Source: a virus
Taxonomy: Duplodnaviria > Caudoviricetes
Virus record (IMG/VR): IMGVR_UViG_3300048590_000251
Location: 1-54,038 of that record
Strand: one strand, 5' to 3'
DNA: 54,038 nucleotides
Shown: positions 16,153 through 25,138 of the stretch, piece by piece
Numbering within the stretch: position 1 is the first letter of the stretch
How the letters are laid out: every line of letters begins with the position of its first letter
Notes under the pieces: generated by a model
Databases searched by the model: none
What the model saw: the letters and a program-made list of their open reading frames with translations, nothing else
What the model was told of the DNA's origin: nothing
Program-made: the position numbers and the translations under genes

Positions 16153-18424
16153 CGACGACGAGCAGTTTGCCAACCAGACCTATGGTGCCGAAGCGCACCG
16201 CCCCGCATTCGATGAAACGACCTCGATCCTCGACTCATGGACCGTCGATCGCGTCGCAAAGGCCGCCGGGTCAGGCCGCACCCGTCTCGACGGCGCCCAT
16301 GCCCGGAAGATCTTCAACAGGATCATGGGGCACTATCTGCGGGAACTGGACATCCAGGCCGCGAACCGGGCTCAGATGGCGACCGACGAAGATTTCGGCG
16401 ACCACGAGCAATGGACCGAAGAGGAAAAGCAGGTCCTGGCCGAGCGCGGGCAGGATCCACTGGTGTTCGATGTCATCTCGACCTCCTGCAACTGGATCAT
16501 CGGCACCGAGAAGCGGAGCCGCACGGATTTCAAGGTGCTGGCGCGACGCAAGGAAGGCACGCAGGGCGCCGAAAAGAAATCGCAGCTCCTCAAATACCTC
16601 GGAGACGTGAACCGAACCGAGTTCTCGATCAGTGACGCCTTCACCGAGACGGTCAGGGCCGGCCTGTCGTGGCTGGAAAGCGGCGTCGTGGGCGATGACG
16701 GCGACGAACCGATCTATGACCGCTACGAGTCGTGGCGCAACGTCATCTACGACAGCAAGGCGCGCGAGAAGGATCTCGGGGATGCCCGCTACATCTTTCG
16801 CCACAAATGGGCCGACCTCGACACTGTGATGGCGACGTTTCCGGATCGCGCCGGCACCGTGCTGGCGGCCACCGTTCGCGGCCTTGACATGGTGGGCGGC
16901 ATCGACTCGATGGGCGATGACGCGATGGATTCGGGCGAGGACGATCTGATCCTCGGCGGATCCATGCGAGACGAAGACTATGGCGACGGCAACCGTCAGC
17001 GCCTGCGGATCATCGAGGCGTGGTTCCGCATCCCGGTCCAGGCAGAGCGCCTGGTTGGCGGCGATTTCCATGGCGAACTGTTCGACCCTTGGTCGGACGG
17101 GCATATCGGCGAGGTCAGCGCCGGTCGCGCCCGTGTCCGCAAGAGCCTGACCCATCGTGTCTATGTCGCGGTCATGACCACCGCCGGGCTCCTGACGCTG
17201 GAGGAATCGCCCTATCGGCACAACCGATTCCCGTTCACTCCCGTCGTCTGCTACCGCCGCAGCCGCGACGGCGCGTTCTACGGCATCATCCGCGGGATGC
17301 GCGACGCCCAGCGCGACATCAACAAACGGCATTCCAAAGCGACGGCCATCCTGTCCTCGAACAAGGTCATCATGGACAAGGGTGCCGTCGATGACCTTGA
17401 CGATTTCGAGGAGGAGATCGCGCGGCCGAACTCGATCATTGTCAAGAATCCCGGCACAAATTTGACGATCAACGCCGACCGCGACCTCGCGGCCTCGCAT
17501 CTGGCGCTGATGGAAATGTCGATGCGGATGATCCAGTCGCTGAGCGGCGTCACCGACGAGAACATGGGCCGATCGACCAACGCCAAGTCCGGCATCGCCA
17601 TCCAGCGCCGACAAGAGCAGGGCGCACTGACCACCGCCACGATTTTCGACAACCTGCGCTATGCGCGCCAGGTGCATGGCGAGAAGATGCTGAGCCTGGT
17701 GGAGCAATACATGGATGAGGGCAAGCAGTTCCGCATCACCAACAAGCGCGGGTCGCCCGACTATGTGACCATCAATGACGGTGCACCGGAAAACGACATC
17801 ACGCGCACCAAGGCCAGCTACATCATCTCGGAATCCGACTTCAACGCGACGATCCGCGAAAGTCAGGTTGCCGAACTCATGGCGCTGATGTCGCAACTCG
17901 CCCCGACGGCGCCGCAGATCGTCATGGTCATGCTGGATCTGCTGGTCGAGACGATGGACATTCCGGCCCGAGACGAGATCGTCAACCGCATCCGTCAGGT
18001 GACGGGCATGGAAGACCCGGACGCGGATCCGGATCAGCCGGACCCGGATCGCGATGCCCGCAAGGCGGCGCAGAGCGCGCAACAGGAGATGCAGATGCGC
18101 GGCGCCATGGCCAGTCTGGCAAAGCTGGAGGGTGAGGCAGCGCAGAAGCAGGCACAGGCTGCGAAGGCCAAGGCCGATGCAGCGAAGGTGCTGCACTCCA
18201 TGGCTGGCACCACGATCGAACAGCAGCGCAACGCGCTCGAACTTGCTATCGCCATGCTGGGTCAGGTCGCATCCGTCGATGTGGCTGACCGCCTCTATGC
18301 CAACGCCGTGTCGGGCGGAGGCGATATGCCGCAACCGCCGCCCGACCTGGCCGCCGCAGCGCCAGCGATGCCGCAGCAGCAGCAACCCCAACCGGCGCCC
18401 ACGCCGGACATGATCCCCGCCTGA
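16145..18424 (+). CDS. Portal protein, P22-like
   Basis: QWTEEE...L.ERGQ.PL, FPFTP, YGIIRGMRDAQRDINKR, SGIAIQRRQEQG; Q/P-rich tail. Confidence 0.9.
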   Translation: MRDDDEQFANQTYGAEAHRPAFDETTSILDSWTVDRVAKAAGSGRTRLDGAHARKIFNRIMGHYLRELDIQAANRAQMATDEDFGDHEQWTEEEKQVLAERGQDPLVFDVISTSCNWIIGTEKRSRTDFKVLARRKEGTQGAEKKSQLLKYLGDVNRTEFSISDAFTETVRAGLSWLESGVVGDDGDEPIYDRYESWRNVIYDSKAREKDLGDARYIFRHKWADLDTVMATFPDRAGTVLAATVRGLDMVGGIDSMGDDAMDSGEDDLILGGSMRDEDYGDGNRQRLRIIEAWFRIPVQAERLVGGDFHGELFDPWSDGHIGEVSAGRARVRKSLTHRVYVAVMTTAGLLTLEESPYRHNRFPFTPVVCYRRSRDGAFYGIIRGMRDAQRDINKRHSKATAILSSNKVIMDKGAVDDLDDFEEEIARPNSIIVKNPGTNLTINADRDLAASHLALMEMSMRMIQSLSGVTDENMGRSTNAKSGIAIQRRQEQGALTTATIFDNLRYARQVHGEKMLSLVEQYMDEGKQFRITNKRGSPDYVTINDGAPENDITRTKASYIISESDFNATIRESQVAELMALMSQLAPTAPQIVMVMLDLLVETMDIPARDEIVNRIRQVTGMEDPDADPDQPDPDRDARKAAQSAQQEMQMRGAMASLAKLEGEAAQKQAQAAKAKADAAKVLHSMAGTTIEQQRNALELAIAMLGQVASVDVADRLYANAVSGGGDMPQPPPDLAAAAPAMPQQQQPQPAPTPDMIPA

Positions 18425-18437
18425 AAGGAGACCCACC

Positions 18438-19451
18438 ATGGCCGATCCTAAAAGCACCCCACTTGAGGACGATGATTTCCTCACCCCGCAGGAACTCGAA
18501 GCCCTGCAACTCGGCGACAATCTCGATGCCGACGGCAATCTCGTCGCGGCAGAGGAAGAACCGGAGCGCGACCTCGACAAGGAGGATGCCGCAGAGGCCG
18601 AAATTCTCGCGAAGGAAGAGGCAGAACGCGCCGCGGCGAAAGCCAGAGGCGATGAAGCCGACGAAGAGGACGCCGATGAGGCGCCCGAGCCGGAGAAGAC
18701 TCCCGCCGACTCCCCCGAGGTGAAAGCCGATACAGATCCCGCGCTTGAGGTCGATCCCGAACCGGATGATGAAGCCATCGCCGCCGCCGAAGCCGCCGCC
18801 GAGGCCGAACGGCTCGCCACGCAGGATCGTATCGAGAAAGCGGTCGCCCAGCGTGCCAGCGCCGCCAAGAAGGCGGCCATCGAGGCGTTCGAGGAAGGGC
18901 AGACGACCTCCGAGGATTTCCAGGCCGCGCTGGATGCCGTGGACGATCAGGCGAAATGGGACCGCGAGGTGTGGACCTATATCGCCGAGAACAAGGGGCT
19001 GGCGGAAGAAGGCCACGCCTACACGTTCAGCGAAGCGGTGAAGCGCGTCGGCAACGACGAGGCGAGCGACAAGCTCAGCTATCGGCAGGTTCTGGAGAAG
19101 GCGCACGACCTCTATATCGGCGCCGCCGCCGTCGCGGGGCTGACCCCCGTTCCGAAGGCGGGCGCCAAGCCCGTCGCGCCAAAGCCGTCGGCCCCGGTGA
19201 AGGCCGAACAGCCGAAGCCTGAAGCGGCAAAGCCCGCCGCTGACGCCATGCCGAAGAAGGCGACGACTCCACGGCCGCCGCCGCCGACCACCATCGCGCG
19301 TATCCCGGCCGCCGAGGACAGCCTTGTCGTGGATGGACGCTACGGGCAACTCGCCCTTCTGGCAGAGGGGGACGATCCCGAGGCGCTGGAAGCGGCTCTC
19401 GCGAAGCTCACCCCCGATCAGCAGGAAGAGTTCGCCTCGCTCGACATCTGA
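18438..19451 (+). CDS. Putative scaffolding protein
   Basis: Highly acidic, extended; located between portal and capsid. Confidence 0.75.
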   Translation: MADPKSTPLEDDDFLTPQELEALQLGDNLDADGNLVAAEEEPERDLDKEDAAEAEILAKEEAERAAAKARGDEADEEDADEAPEPEKTPADSPEVKADTDPALEVDPEPDDEAIAAAEAAAEAERLATQDRIEKAVAQRASAAKKAAIEAFEEGQTTSEDFQAALDAVDDQAKWDREVWTYIAENKGLAEEGHAYTFSEAVKRVGNDEASDKLSYRQVLEKAHDLYIGAAAVAGLTPVPKAGAKPVAPKPSAPVKAEQPKPEAAKPAADAMPKKATTPRPPPPTTIARIPAAEDSLVVDGRYGQLALLAEGDDPEALEAALAKLTPDQQEEFASLDI

Positions 19452-19464
19452 CAGGAGTCGCCTC

Positions 19465-19650
19465 GTGTTCTTCAAGGTCATCAAGGACGGCGAAACCATA
19501 CAGATCGGTGACGACGTGCTGATGTCCGTGATCCGCGCGGGCGGTGGCCGGGTGCATCTGAAATTCGATGCGCCCGCCGCCGTCCGAATCCGATCTGCTG
19601 CGGAAAAGGCCACGCTCGCGACACCGGCGACACGACGAGATGACGCATAA
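19465..19650 (+). CDS. csrA: CsrA/RsmA-like RNA-binding protein (61 aa)
   Basis: KDGETIQIGDDVLMSVIRAGGGRVHLKFDAPAAVRI matches the CsrA pattern GE...IGD.V...V.....V.I...AP..V; SD aggag before GTG at 19465. Confidence 0.8.
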   Translation: MFFKVIKDGETIQIGDDVLMSVIRAGGGRVHLKFDAPAAVRIRSAAEKATLATPATRRDDA

Positions 19651-19731
19651 AGGACACATCTTGCGGATTCTGTTTTCAGGCACCACAAGATGTGCTAAGA
19701 CTACCCCAATCTGTCTGGTGCAGGACGCGCC
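19651..19731 (+). promoter_or_regulatory. Capsid upstream region: two NrdR-like boxes, putative -10 and a GGA-loop hairpin
   Basis: aggacacatcttgcgg 19651-19666, ccacaagatgtgctaa 19683-19698, GGTGC-AGGAC-GCGCC 19717-19731. Confidence 0.65.
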
Positions 19732-19752
19732 CTCTCTCAACTGGAGGCACGC

Positions 19753-20856
19753 ATGGCCGGCACTCTGATCCCCTGGGGACACCCTTCTGCGCAGAAGAAG
19801 TGGTCCGCAGTTCTCTCCAACGACATTCGCCGTCGCGGCTATTTCAAGCGCCGCTTCATGGGCAAGGGCGAGAACAACATCATCGAGGAAAAGACCGAGA
19901 TCAAGGAGGACGCGGGCGACCGCGTGTCGTTCGACCTGTCGGTCAAGATCAGGCAGGAACCGACCGAAGGCGATGCCCGCCTCAAGGGCAAGGAGGAGCA
20001 ACTGCGGTTCTATTACGATGAGGTCATCATCGACCAGTCCCGCCATTCGGTTTCGGCAGGCGGCCGGATGAGCCGCAAGCGCACCGTCCACGACATGCGC
20101 AAGATCGGCAAGTCGAAGCTCCAGGAGTATTGGGCCGCGTTCGAGGACGAGGTGATGTTCGCTTACCTCTCCGGCGCCCGCGGCGTGAATGCCGAATTCA
20201 TCGTCACGACCGCCTGGACCGGACGCGCGGGCAACCCGCTGCAAGCGCCCGATGCCGCGCATATCCTGTTCGGCGGGGACGCCACGCAGAAAAGCGAGAT
20301 CGTCGCGGCCGACACGATGACCAAGCAACTGGTCGAGCGCGCCAACACCCACGCGAAAATGATCAGGGAATACGACCCCGACGCGCAGGAAATGGCCCCG
20401 GTGGACATCGACGGCGGCGCGCACTTCGTCATCGTCATGTCCGAGTTCCAGGCTTATGACCTGCGGCAGGAAACCGGGGTCGTCGGCTGGGCAGACATCG
20501 CCAAAGCCGCTGCCGGCGCCGAGGGCCGCAACTCGCCGATCTTCAAGGGCGGCCTGGGCATGATCGACAACACGGTCCTGCACAGCCATGGCAACGTGAT
20601 CCGGTTCTCGGACTATGGCGTCGGTGTCAACCTTCCCGCCTCCCGCGCCCTCTTCATGGGGCGCCAGGCTGGCGTCATCGCCTACGGCACGCCGAAGGGG
20701 ATGCGCTACATGTGGCAGGAAGAACTGGAGGACTTCGGCAACGAGCCGACGATCGCCGGTGGCGCCATCTGGGGCTTCAAGAAGACCCGCTTCAACGGCA
20801 AGGACTTCGGCGTCATCGCCATCGACACCTACGCCAAGAACCCGCGTCTGGGCTGA
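19753..20856 (+). CDS. Major capsid protein (DUF4043 / N4-gp56-like)
   Basis: AGDRVSFDL...EGDARLKGKEEQL...IDQSRH...KKTRFNGKDFGVI; very strong codon bias. Confidence 0.9.
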   Translation: MAGTLIPWGHPSAQKKWSAVLSNDIRRRGYFKRRFMGKGENNIIEEKTEIKEDAGDRVSFDLSVKIRQEPTEGDARLKGKEEQLRFYYDEVIIDQSRHSVSAGGRMSRKRTVHDMRKIGKSKLQEYWAAFEDEVMFAYLSGARGVNAEFIVTTAWTGRAGNPLQAPDAAHILFGGDATQKSEIVAADTMTKQLVERANTHAKMIREYDPDAQEMAPVDIDGGAHFVIVMSEFQAYDLRQETGVVGWADIAKAAAGAEGRNSPIFKGGLGMIDNTVLHSHGNVIRFSDYGVGVNLPASRALFMGRQAGVIAYGTPKGMRYMWQEELEDFGNEPTIAGGAIWGFKKTRFNGKDFGVIAIDTYAKNPRLG

Positions 20857-20863
20857 CGAGATC

Positions 20864-20889
20864 GGGGCGCCCTTCGGGGCGCCCTTCCT
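20864..20889 (+). terminator. UUCG-tetraloop hairpin after the capsid gene
   Basis: GGGGCGCCC-TTCG-GGGCGCCCT; weak U-tract. Confidence 0.6.
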
Positions 20890-20934
20890 GACAACGACAG
20901 GGCCAGCACCGCCCGAACCCAAGGAGACACAAGC

Positions 20935-21387
20935 ATGGCCCTGAAGCGCACCACGATCGCCAAAGGCACCGCCCCCGTCCTGACGTCGTATGCGTCGGGA
21001 CTTGTCATGGTCCAGAGGGCACGTTTCGCCTTCACCGAGACATTCACCGCCGCGTCCGACAAGCTGGAGATGTTCTGCCTCCCCGCCGGGTGCGTCCCCA
21101 TCCGGTTCACCATCTGGGGCACCGGCGGTTCGCTCGGCACCCTCAACGTGGTGGCCGGCCTGGTTACGGGCGATTTCGGAAGTGATGACAACGCCCGCAC
21201 CGTCGGCGCGGAAATCCTCACCGCCACCGCCATCGGCTCCAGCGCGGTGGTCGAGGCGACGAAACCGCTGCTGGACCTGATTGCGGCAGACCAGACCAAG
21301 CATCGCGGCGTCGGCATCACGCTCTCCGCCAACGTTTCGGCCGGGGTTCTCGGGATCTCCGCCGCGATGGAATACGTCGCCGTCTGA
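20935..21387 (+). CDS. Virion structural protein (possible minor capsid)
   Basis: Follows the capsid gene; SD aaggag; beta-rich with an LPAG motif. Confidence 0.75.
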   Translation: MALKRTTIAKGTAPVLTSYASGLVMVQRARFAFTETFTAASDKLEMFCLPAGCVPIRFTIWGTGGSLGTLNVVAGLVTGDFGSDDNARTVGAEILTATAIGSSAVVEATKPLLDLIAADQTKHRGVGITLSANVSAGVLGISAAMEYVAV

Positions 21388-21520
21388 TCCATTGTCAGCG
21401 GACGGCGACGCCCCGCCCGCCCGTCTTCCAACGGGTGAGCGGGGGACCAGCCCGGCGGATGTCCTCCCCCATCCAGATGCCGGGCTGGACTGACCCCACC
21501 AGAACAGAGAACACCCACCC

Positions 21521-22138
21521 ATGTTGATCGAATGTCTCCGCCGCCGCACCAAGGGCACCGTCGTTTCGATCGGGGACGCGGTTTACACCTTCATCCCCCT
21601 TCCTGACGGCGCCCATGTCTGCGACGTGACGCACCCGGACCACATCAAGCGGCTTCTGATGGTCGAAGCATACGTTCCCTATGGTCCGGCCGCCACCGGC
21701 GCCCCGGTCGAGGAGGCGCCGCCTCCGGCCAATGTCCAGCCGCCGCGCGACCTGACCATCGACCCGGCGCTGTTCCTCGGGCTGCAGCCGGGCGGAGTGG
21801 CATCTGCGCCGTCGATCAAGACTGGAATCGTCGGGGCCGCCAATGCTGAACAGCAGAGCCAGCCCACGATCGAGGGCCATGCGGCCGACAGCCCCGATAT
21901 TGCACCCGTGCAGGGAGAAGCGAAGTCCGGCGCGGAAGATGACCCGCCAGCGTCGGACGACCCTGCCGCCGATGAGCAATCCGATGCAAGCCAGGGCGAG
22001 GAGGTCAGCGCGGCACCGGACTATGCCGCGCTGACCGACGAGGAACTCGCCGAGGCATATGAGGCGCGGTTCGACAAGCCGCCGCACAACCGCATGAAGC
22101 GCGAAACCATCATCGGCCATCTGACCAAGGAGGACTGA
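21521..22138 (+). CDS. Hypothetical virion-associated protein
   Basis: Folded N-terminus, acidic linker, short helical C-terminal domain. Confidence 0.75.
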   Translation: MLIECLRRRTKGTVVSIGDAVYTFIPLPDGAHVCDVTHPDHIKRLLMVEAYVPYGPAATGAPVEEAPPPANVQPPRDLTIDPALFLGLQPGGVASAPSIKTGIVGAANAEQQSQPTIEGHAADSPDIAPVQGEAKSGAEDDPPASDDPAADEQSDASQGEEVSAAPDYAALTDEELAEAYEARFDKPPHNRMKRETIIGHLTKED

Positions 22139-22143
22139 ACGAC

Positions 22144-22851
22144 ATGGCGCTGACCGCTGGCCTGATCCTCGGTCGCGCCCAGACCGCTCTGCAAGACCAG
22201 GCGGGAACGCGCTGGCCGCTGACCGAACTTCTCGGCTATCTCAACTCAGGCATTCAGGAGATCGCGCTTCAGAAGCCGACATCCTTCTCGAAAACCGTTC
22301 TGATCCCGCTTGCCGCCGGAACCTACCAGGTGGTGCCGACGGGCTATTCGGCCGTCATCCGCGGAATCCGCAACATCACGTCTGGCGTCGGCGTCACGCC
22401 TCGCATCGCCGGTCGCGCCATCCAGCCCGCCCGCCGCGCCGACCTCGACGCGCAATTCCTCGACTGGCACGATGTCGGAGAGGTGCCGATGGCAAAGAGC
22501 GTCATGCACATCATCGCGGACGAGGCCGACCCGCTGGTCTTCTACACCTTTCCACCCAACGACGGGACCGGGCTGATCGAGGCCGTGGCCGCTGAAATCC
22601 CCGCCGCGATTCCCGTTCCGGCCAGCCCGACAGTGCTGGCATCCTATACCGCCGTCCTGCCGCTCTCCGACATCTACGAAGGGCCGCTGGCCGATTATGT
22701 GATGTTCCGTGCGCTGTCGAAGGAAACCACCCTGGCGGGCGCCGGACAGAAGGCGCAGGCCCACTACCAGTTGTTCGCATCTGCCCTCGGTCTGAAGCAG
22801 CAGATCGAGGCGCAGGCCAACGTCAACGCCACAAAGCGTTCAGGAGGCTGA
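22144..22851 (+). CDS. Head-tail adaptor-like protein (DUF6682-like)
   Basis: LQDQAGTRWPLTELLGYLN...LADYVMFRALSKE...AHYQLF. Confidence 0.78.
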   Translation: MALTAGLILGRAQTALQDQAGTRWPLTELLGYLNSGIQEIALQKPTSFSKTVLIPLAAGTYQVVPTGYSAVIRGIRNITSGVGVTPRIAGRAIQPARRADLDAQFLDWHDVGEVPMAKSVMHIIADEADPLVFYTFPPNDGTGLIEAVAAEIPAAIPVPASPTVLASYTAVLPLSDIYEGPLADYVMFRALSKETTLAGAGQKAQAHYQLFASALGLKQQIEAQANVNATKRSGG

Positions 22852-22854
22852 TCC

Positions 22855-23517
22855 ATGGCCGCGACCGTCGCCCTGTCGAAGTTCCTTCCGCTGGTGCTGC
22901 CGCACGTCCCCGGCGTCCCGCAGTTCATGGCGACGTTCAACCTGAGACTCTCGGCCATCGAGTTCTGCAAGCGCACCCGCTGCTGGCGCCACGTCGTCTC
23001 GGTGCTGTTTGATGCGGCCACCGAAGCGGTTGTCGCCCCCGCCTATGCCGCGATCCACGAGTTCGAGACCGCGCTCTGGAACAACGAAACTTATCTTCGC
23101 CCGATCCAGTTCTCCGACGTGGATGAGCCGTCGGCAACCGCTGCCGCCGGATCGGTGCCGCAATATGTCACGCAGGCCGAGTCCAACACCGTCCGCGTCA
23201 TACCCGCCGCCGACGGGACGCTCGCTCTCACCCTGTTCCTGATGCCGGTGAACGGATCATCCTTCGCCGCGGATGCCGACGGCAACATGGTCGATCTCTA
23301 CGACGTGGTTCCGGATTTCCTCTACCTGCAACACGCGGAGGCTATCGCCGCCGGCGCCATCGCCCGGCTGATGTCCATGCCGGGAAAGGACTGGACCAAC
23401 CCGCAACTTGCCGCCGTTCATGCGGCCCGGTTCCACGACTCCGCCACGACCCATTTCAGCGTCAGCCTGCGCGGCCAGCATCGCGCCCGGCCCAGGGTGA
23501 AGCTGCAAACCTATTGA
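22855..23517 (+). CDS. Second adaptor-like virion protein
   Basis: AIEFCKRTRCW...AIAAGAIARLMSMPGKDWTNP. Confidence 0.72.
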   Translation: MAATVALSKFLPLVLPHVPGVPQFMATFNLRLSAIEFCKRTRCWRHVVSVLFDAATEAVVAPAYAAIHEFETALWNNETYLRPIQFSDVDEPSATAAAGSVPQYVTQAESNTVRVIPAADGTLALTLFLMPVNGSSFAADADGNMVDLYDVVPDFLYLQHAEAIAAGAIARLMSMPGKDWTNPQLAAVHAARFHDSATTHFSVSLRGQHRARPRVKLQTY

Positions 23518-23530
23518 GGGAGAGCGACCC

Positions 23531-25138
23531 ATGGCAATCCGCCTCTCCGGCTTCAAGGGCCAGTTCCCGCACATCACCCCGAGATTGCTCGACCCGTCCG
23601 CCGCGATCGAGTGCATCGACGCGATCCTGGAAGACGGAACCATCAAGCCGATCCGGGGGACAACCGCCGTCCATACCTTCGGGTCGGACATGGCCTCATT
23701 CGTCCAGTTCGGTGGGTCATGGATCGGCTTTGCGGCCGACACCTATGCCGTGCCCGGCCCGGTCGCCGCGGATCGGCTCTACATCGCCGACGGCGTGAAG
23801 CCCAAGATGAAGGTCGGGGCCACCACCTACGACCTTGCGCTGCCGCCGCCGCTCAACCCGGCCACGACCGAAACCCTCGGGACGCTGAACCCCGACCTGA
23901 TCGAGTCCGTCACCTACGTCTACACATGGGTCACGGGATTTGCCGAGGAATCGGCGCCGTCCCCGACCTCCTACCTCATCGACTGGTCCCCCGGACTGAC
24001 CGTTCGCCTGACCGCGATGGATGCGGCCCCTGCCGGACGCAACATCACGCTCCGCCGCATCTATCGCTCGCAGACCAGCGCCAGTGGCGTGACGGACTTC
24101 TATTTCGTGGCCGAACTCCCGGCCGCGACCCTGACCTATGATCACGACCTCGACCTCGCTCCGATCCAGAATGTTCTTCCGACGGCCGAATACGACGAGC
24201 CAGCCAACGGGCTGACCGGGATCATCGCGCTCCCCAACGGCGGAATGGCCGGGTTTCGCGGCAAGGAACTGATGTTCGCCGAGCCCTACCGGCCCCATGC
24301 CTGGCCGACGAAGTATCGCCGCACCGTCGATTACGAGATCGTGGCACTGGTGGCGTTCGGCTCCAGCGTGGCGATCCTGACCAAGGGCACCCCTTACATG
24401 GGGCAGGGCCGCAGCCCGGCAGATTTCGTCATCGAGAAGATGGAGTCCGGGCTCCCTTGCGTCTCGGCCCGAGGTGTCGTGGATCTGGGCTATGCCGCCG
24501 CCTATCCCTCGAATGACGGTCTGGTGACGATTTCTCCGCAAGGCGCGCAGATCGCGACCGCGGGATTGTTCACCCGCAAGCAATGGCGGTCGATGAACCC
24601 CTCCAGCTTCGCCGCCGCGCAATCAGAAGGCCGATACGTGTTCTCACACCAGGTCGGCGCCAGCCGCGCCATGGGCATCATCGACCTGACGATGGAGGCG
24701 CCATTCTTCACCCGCACGTCGGATGTGGCCGGGCAGATGATCTACGACCAGACGGACGCCGAAGTCTACATCCTGACCGGCCTTCGCGTGGTCAACCGAT
24801 GGAACGATGTCGCTGCCGCCGTCCGCACCGCGACATGGCGATCGAAGGTCTTCAACCTTGTCTCTCCGGAGAGTTTCGGCGCAGCGCAGATCGACATTGA
24901 CCCGCCCCTCGGGGCCGCTGCGATCGGCGTTCCGGCGGCCGACGCTGCGCCGGTTCTGTCGCTGGCCTGTCGCGTGTTCGCCAATGAAACCCTCGTCGCG
25001 ACCATCACGGAGGCCAACCGGCCGGTGCGGATGCCGGGTCAGAACCTCGCTGAACGCTGGATCGTGGAGATCATCACCAACACCCCTGTCGTCGGGTTCG
25101 CCATGGCCGGAACGATCGAGGGGCTGGGGACGGGCTGA
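23531..25138 (+). CDS. Tail nozzle/stabilisation-like protein
   Basis: FKGQFP.I.PRLL, YVYTWVT.F.EESAPSP, RRIYRS, EPYRPHAWP. Confidence 0.78.
   Translation: MAIRLSGFKGQFPHITPRLLDPSAAIECIDAILEDGTIKPIRGTTAVHTFGSDMASFVQFGGSWIGFAADTYAVPGPVAADRLYIADGVKPKMKVGATTYDLALPPPLNPATTETLGTLNPDLIESVTYVYTWVTGFAEESAPSPTSYLIDWSPGLTVRLTAMDAAPAGRNITLRRIYRSQTSASGVTDFYFVAELPAATLTYDHDLDLAPIQNVLPTAEYDEPANGLTGIIALPNGGMAGFRGKELMFAEPYRPHAWPTKYRRTVDYEIVALVAFGSSVAILTKGTPYMGQGRSPADFVIEKMESGLPCVSARGVVDLGYAAAYPSNDGLVTISPQGAQIATAGLFTRKQWRSMNPSSFAAAQSEGRYVFSHQVGASRAMGIIDLTMEAPFFTRTSDVAGQMIYDQTDAEVYILTGLRVVNRWNDVAAAVRTATWRSKVFNLVSPESFGAAQIDIDPPLGAAAIGVPAADAAPVLSLACRVFANETLVATITEANRPVRMPGQNLAERWIVEIITNTPVVGFAMAGTIEGLGTG

Noticed and set aside
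16271-21558. 869-, 480- and 716-aa minus-strand ORFs over the portal and capsid genes
   Set aside because: Antisense shadows of highly biased genes.
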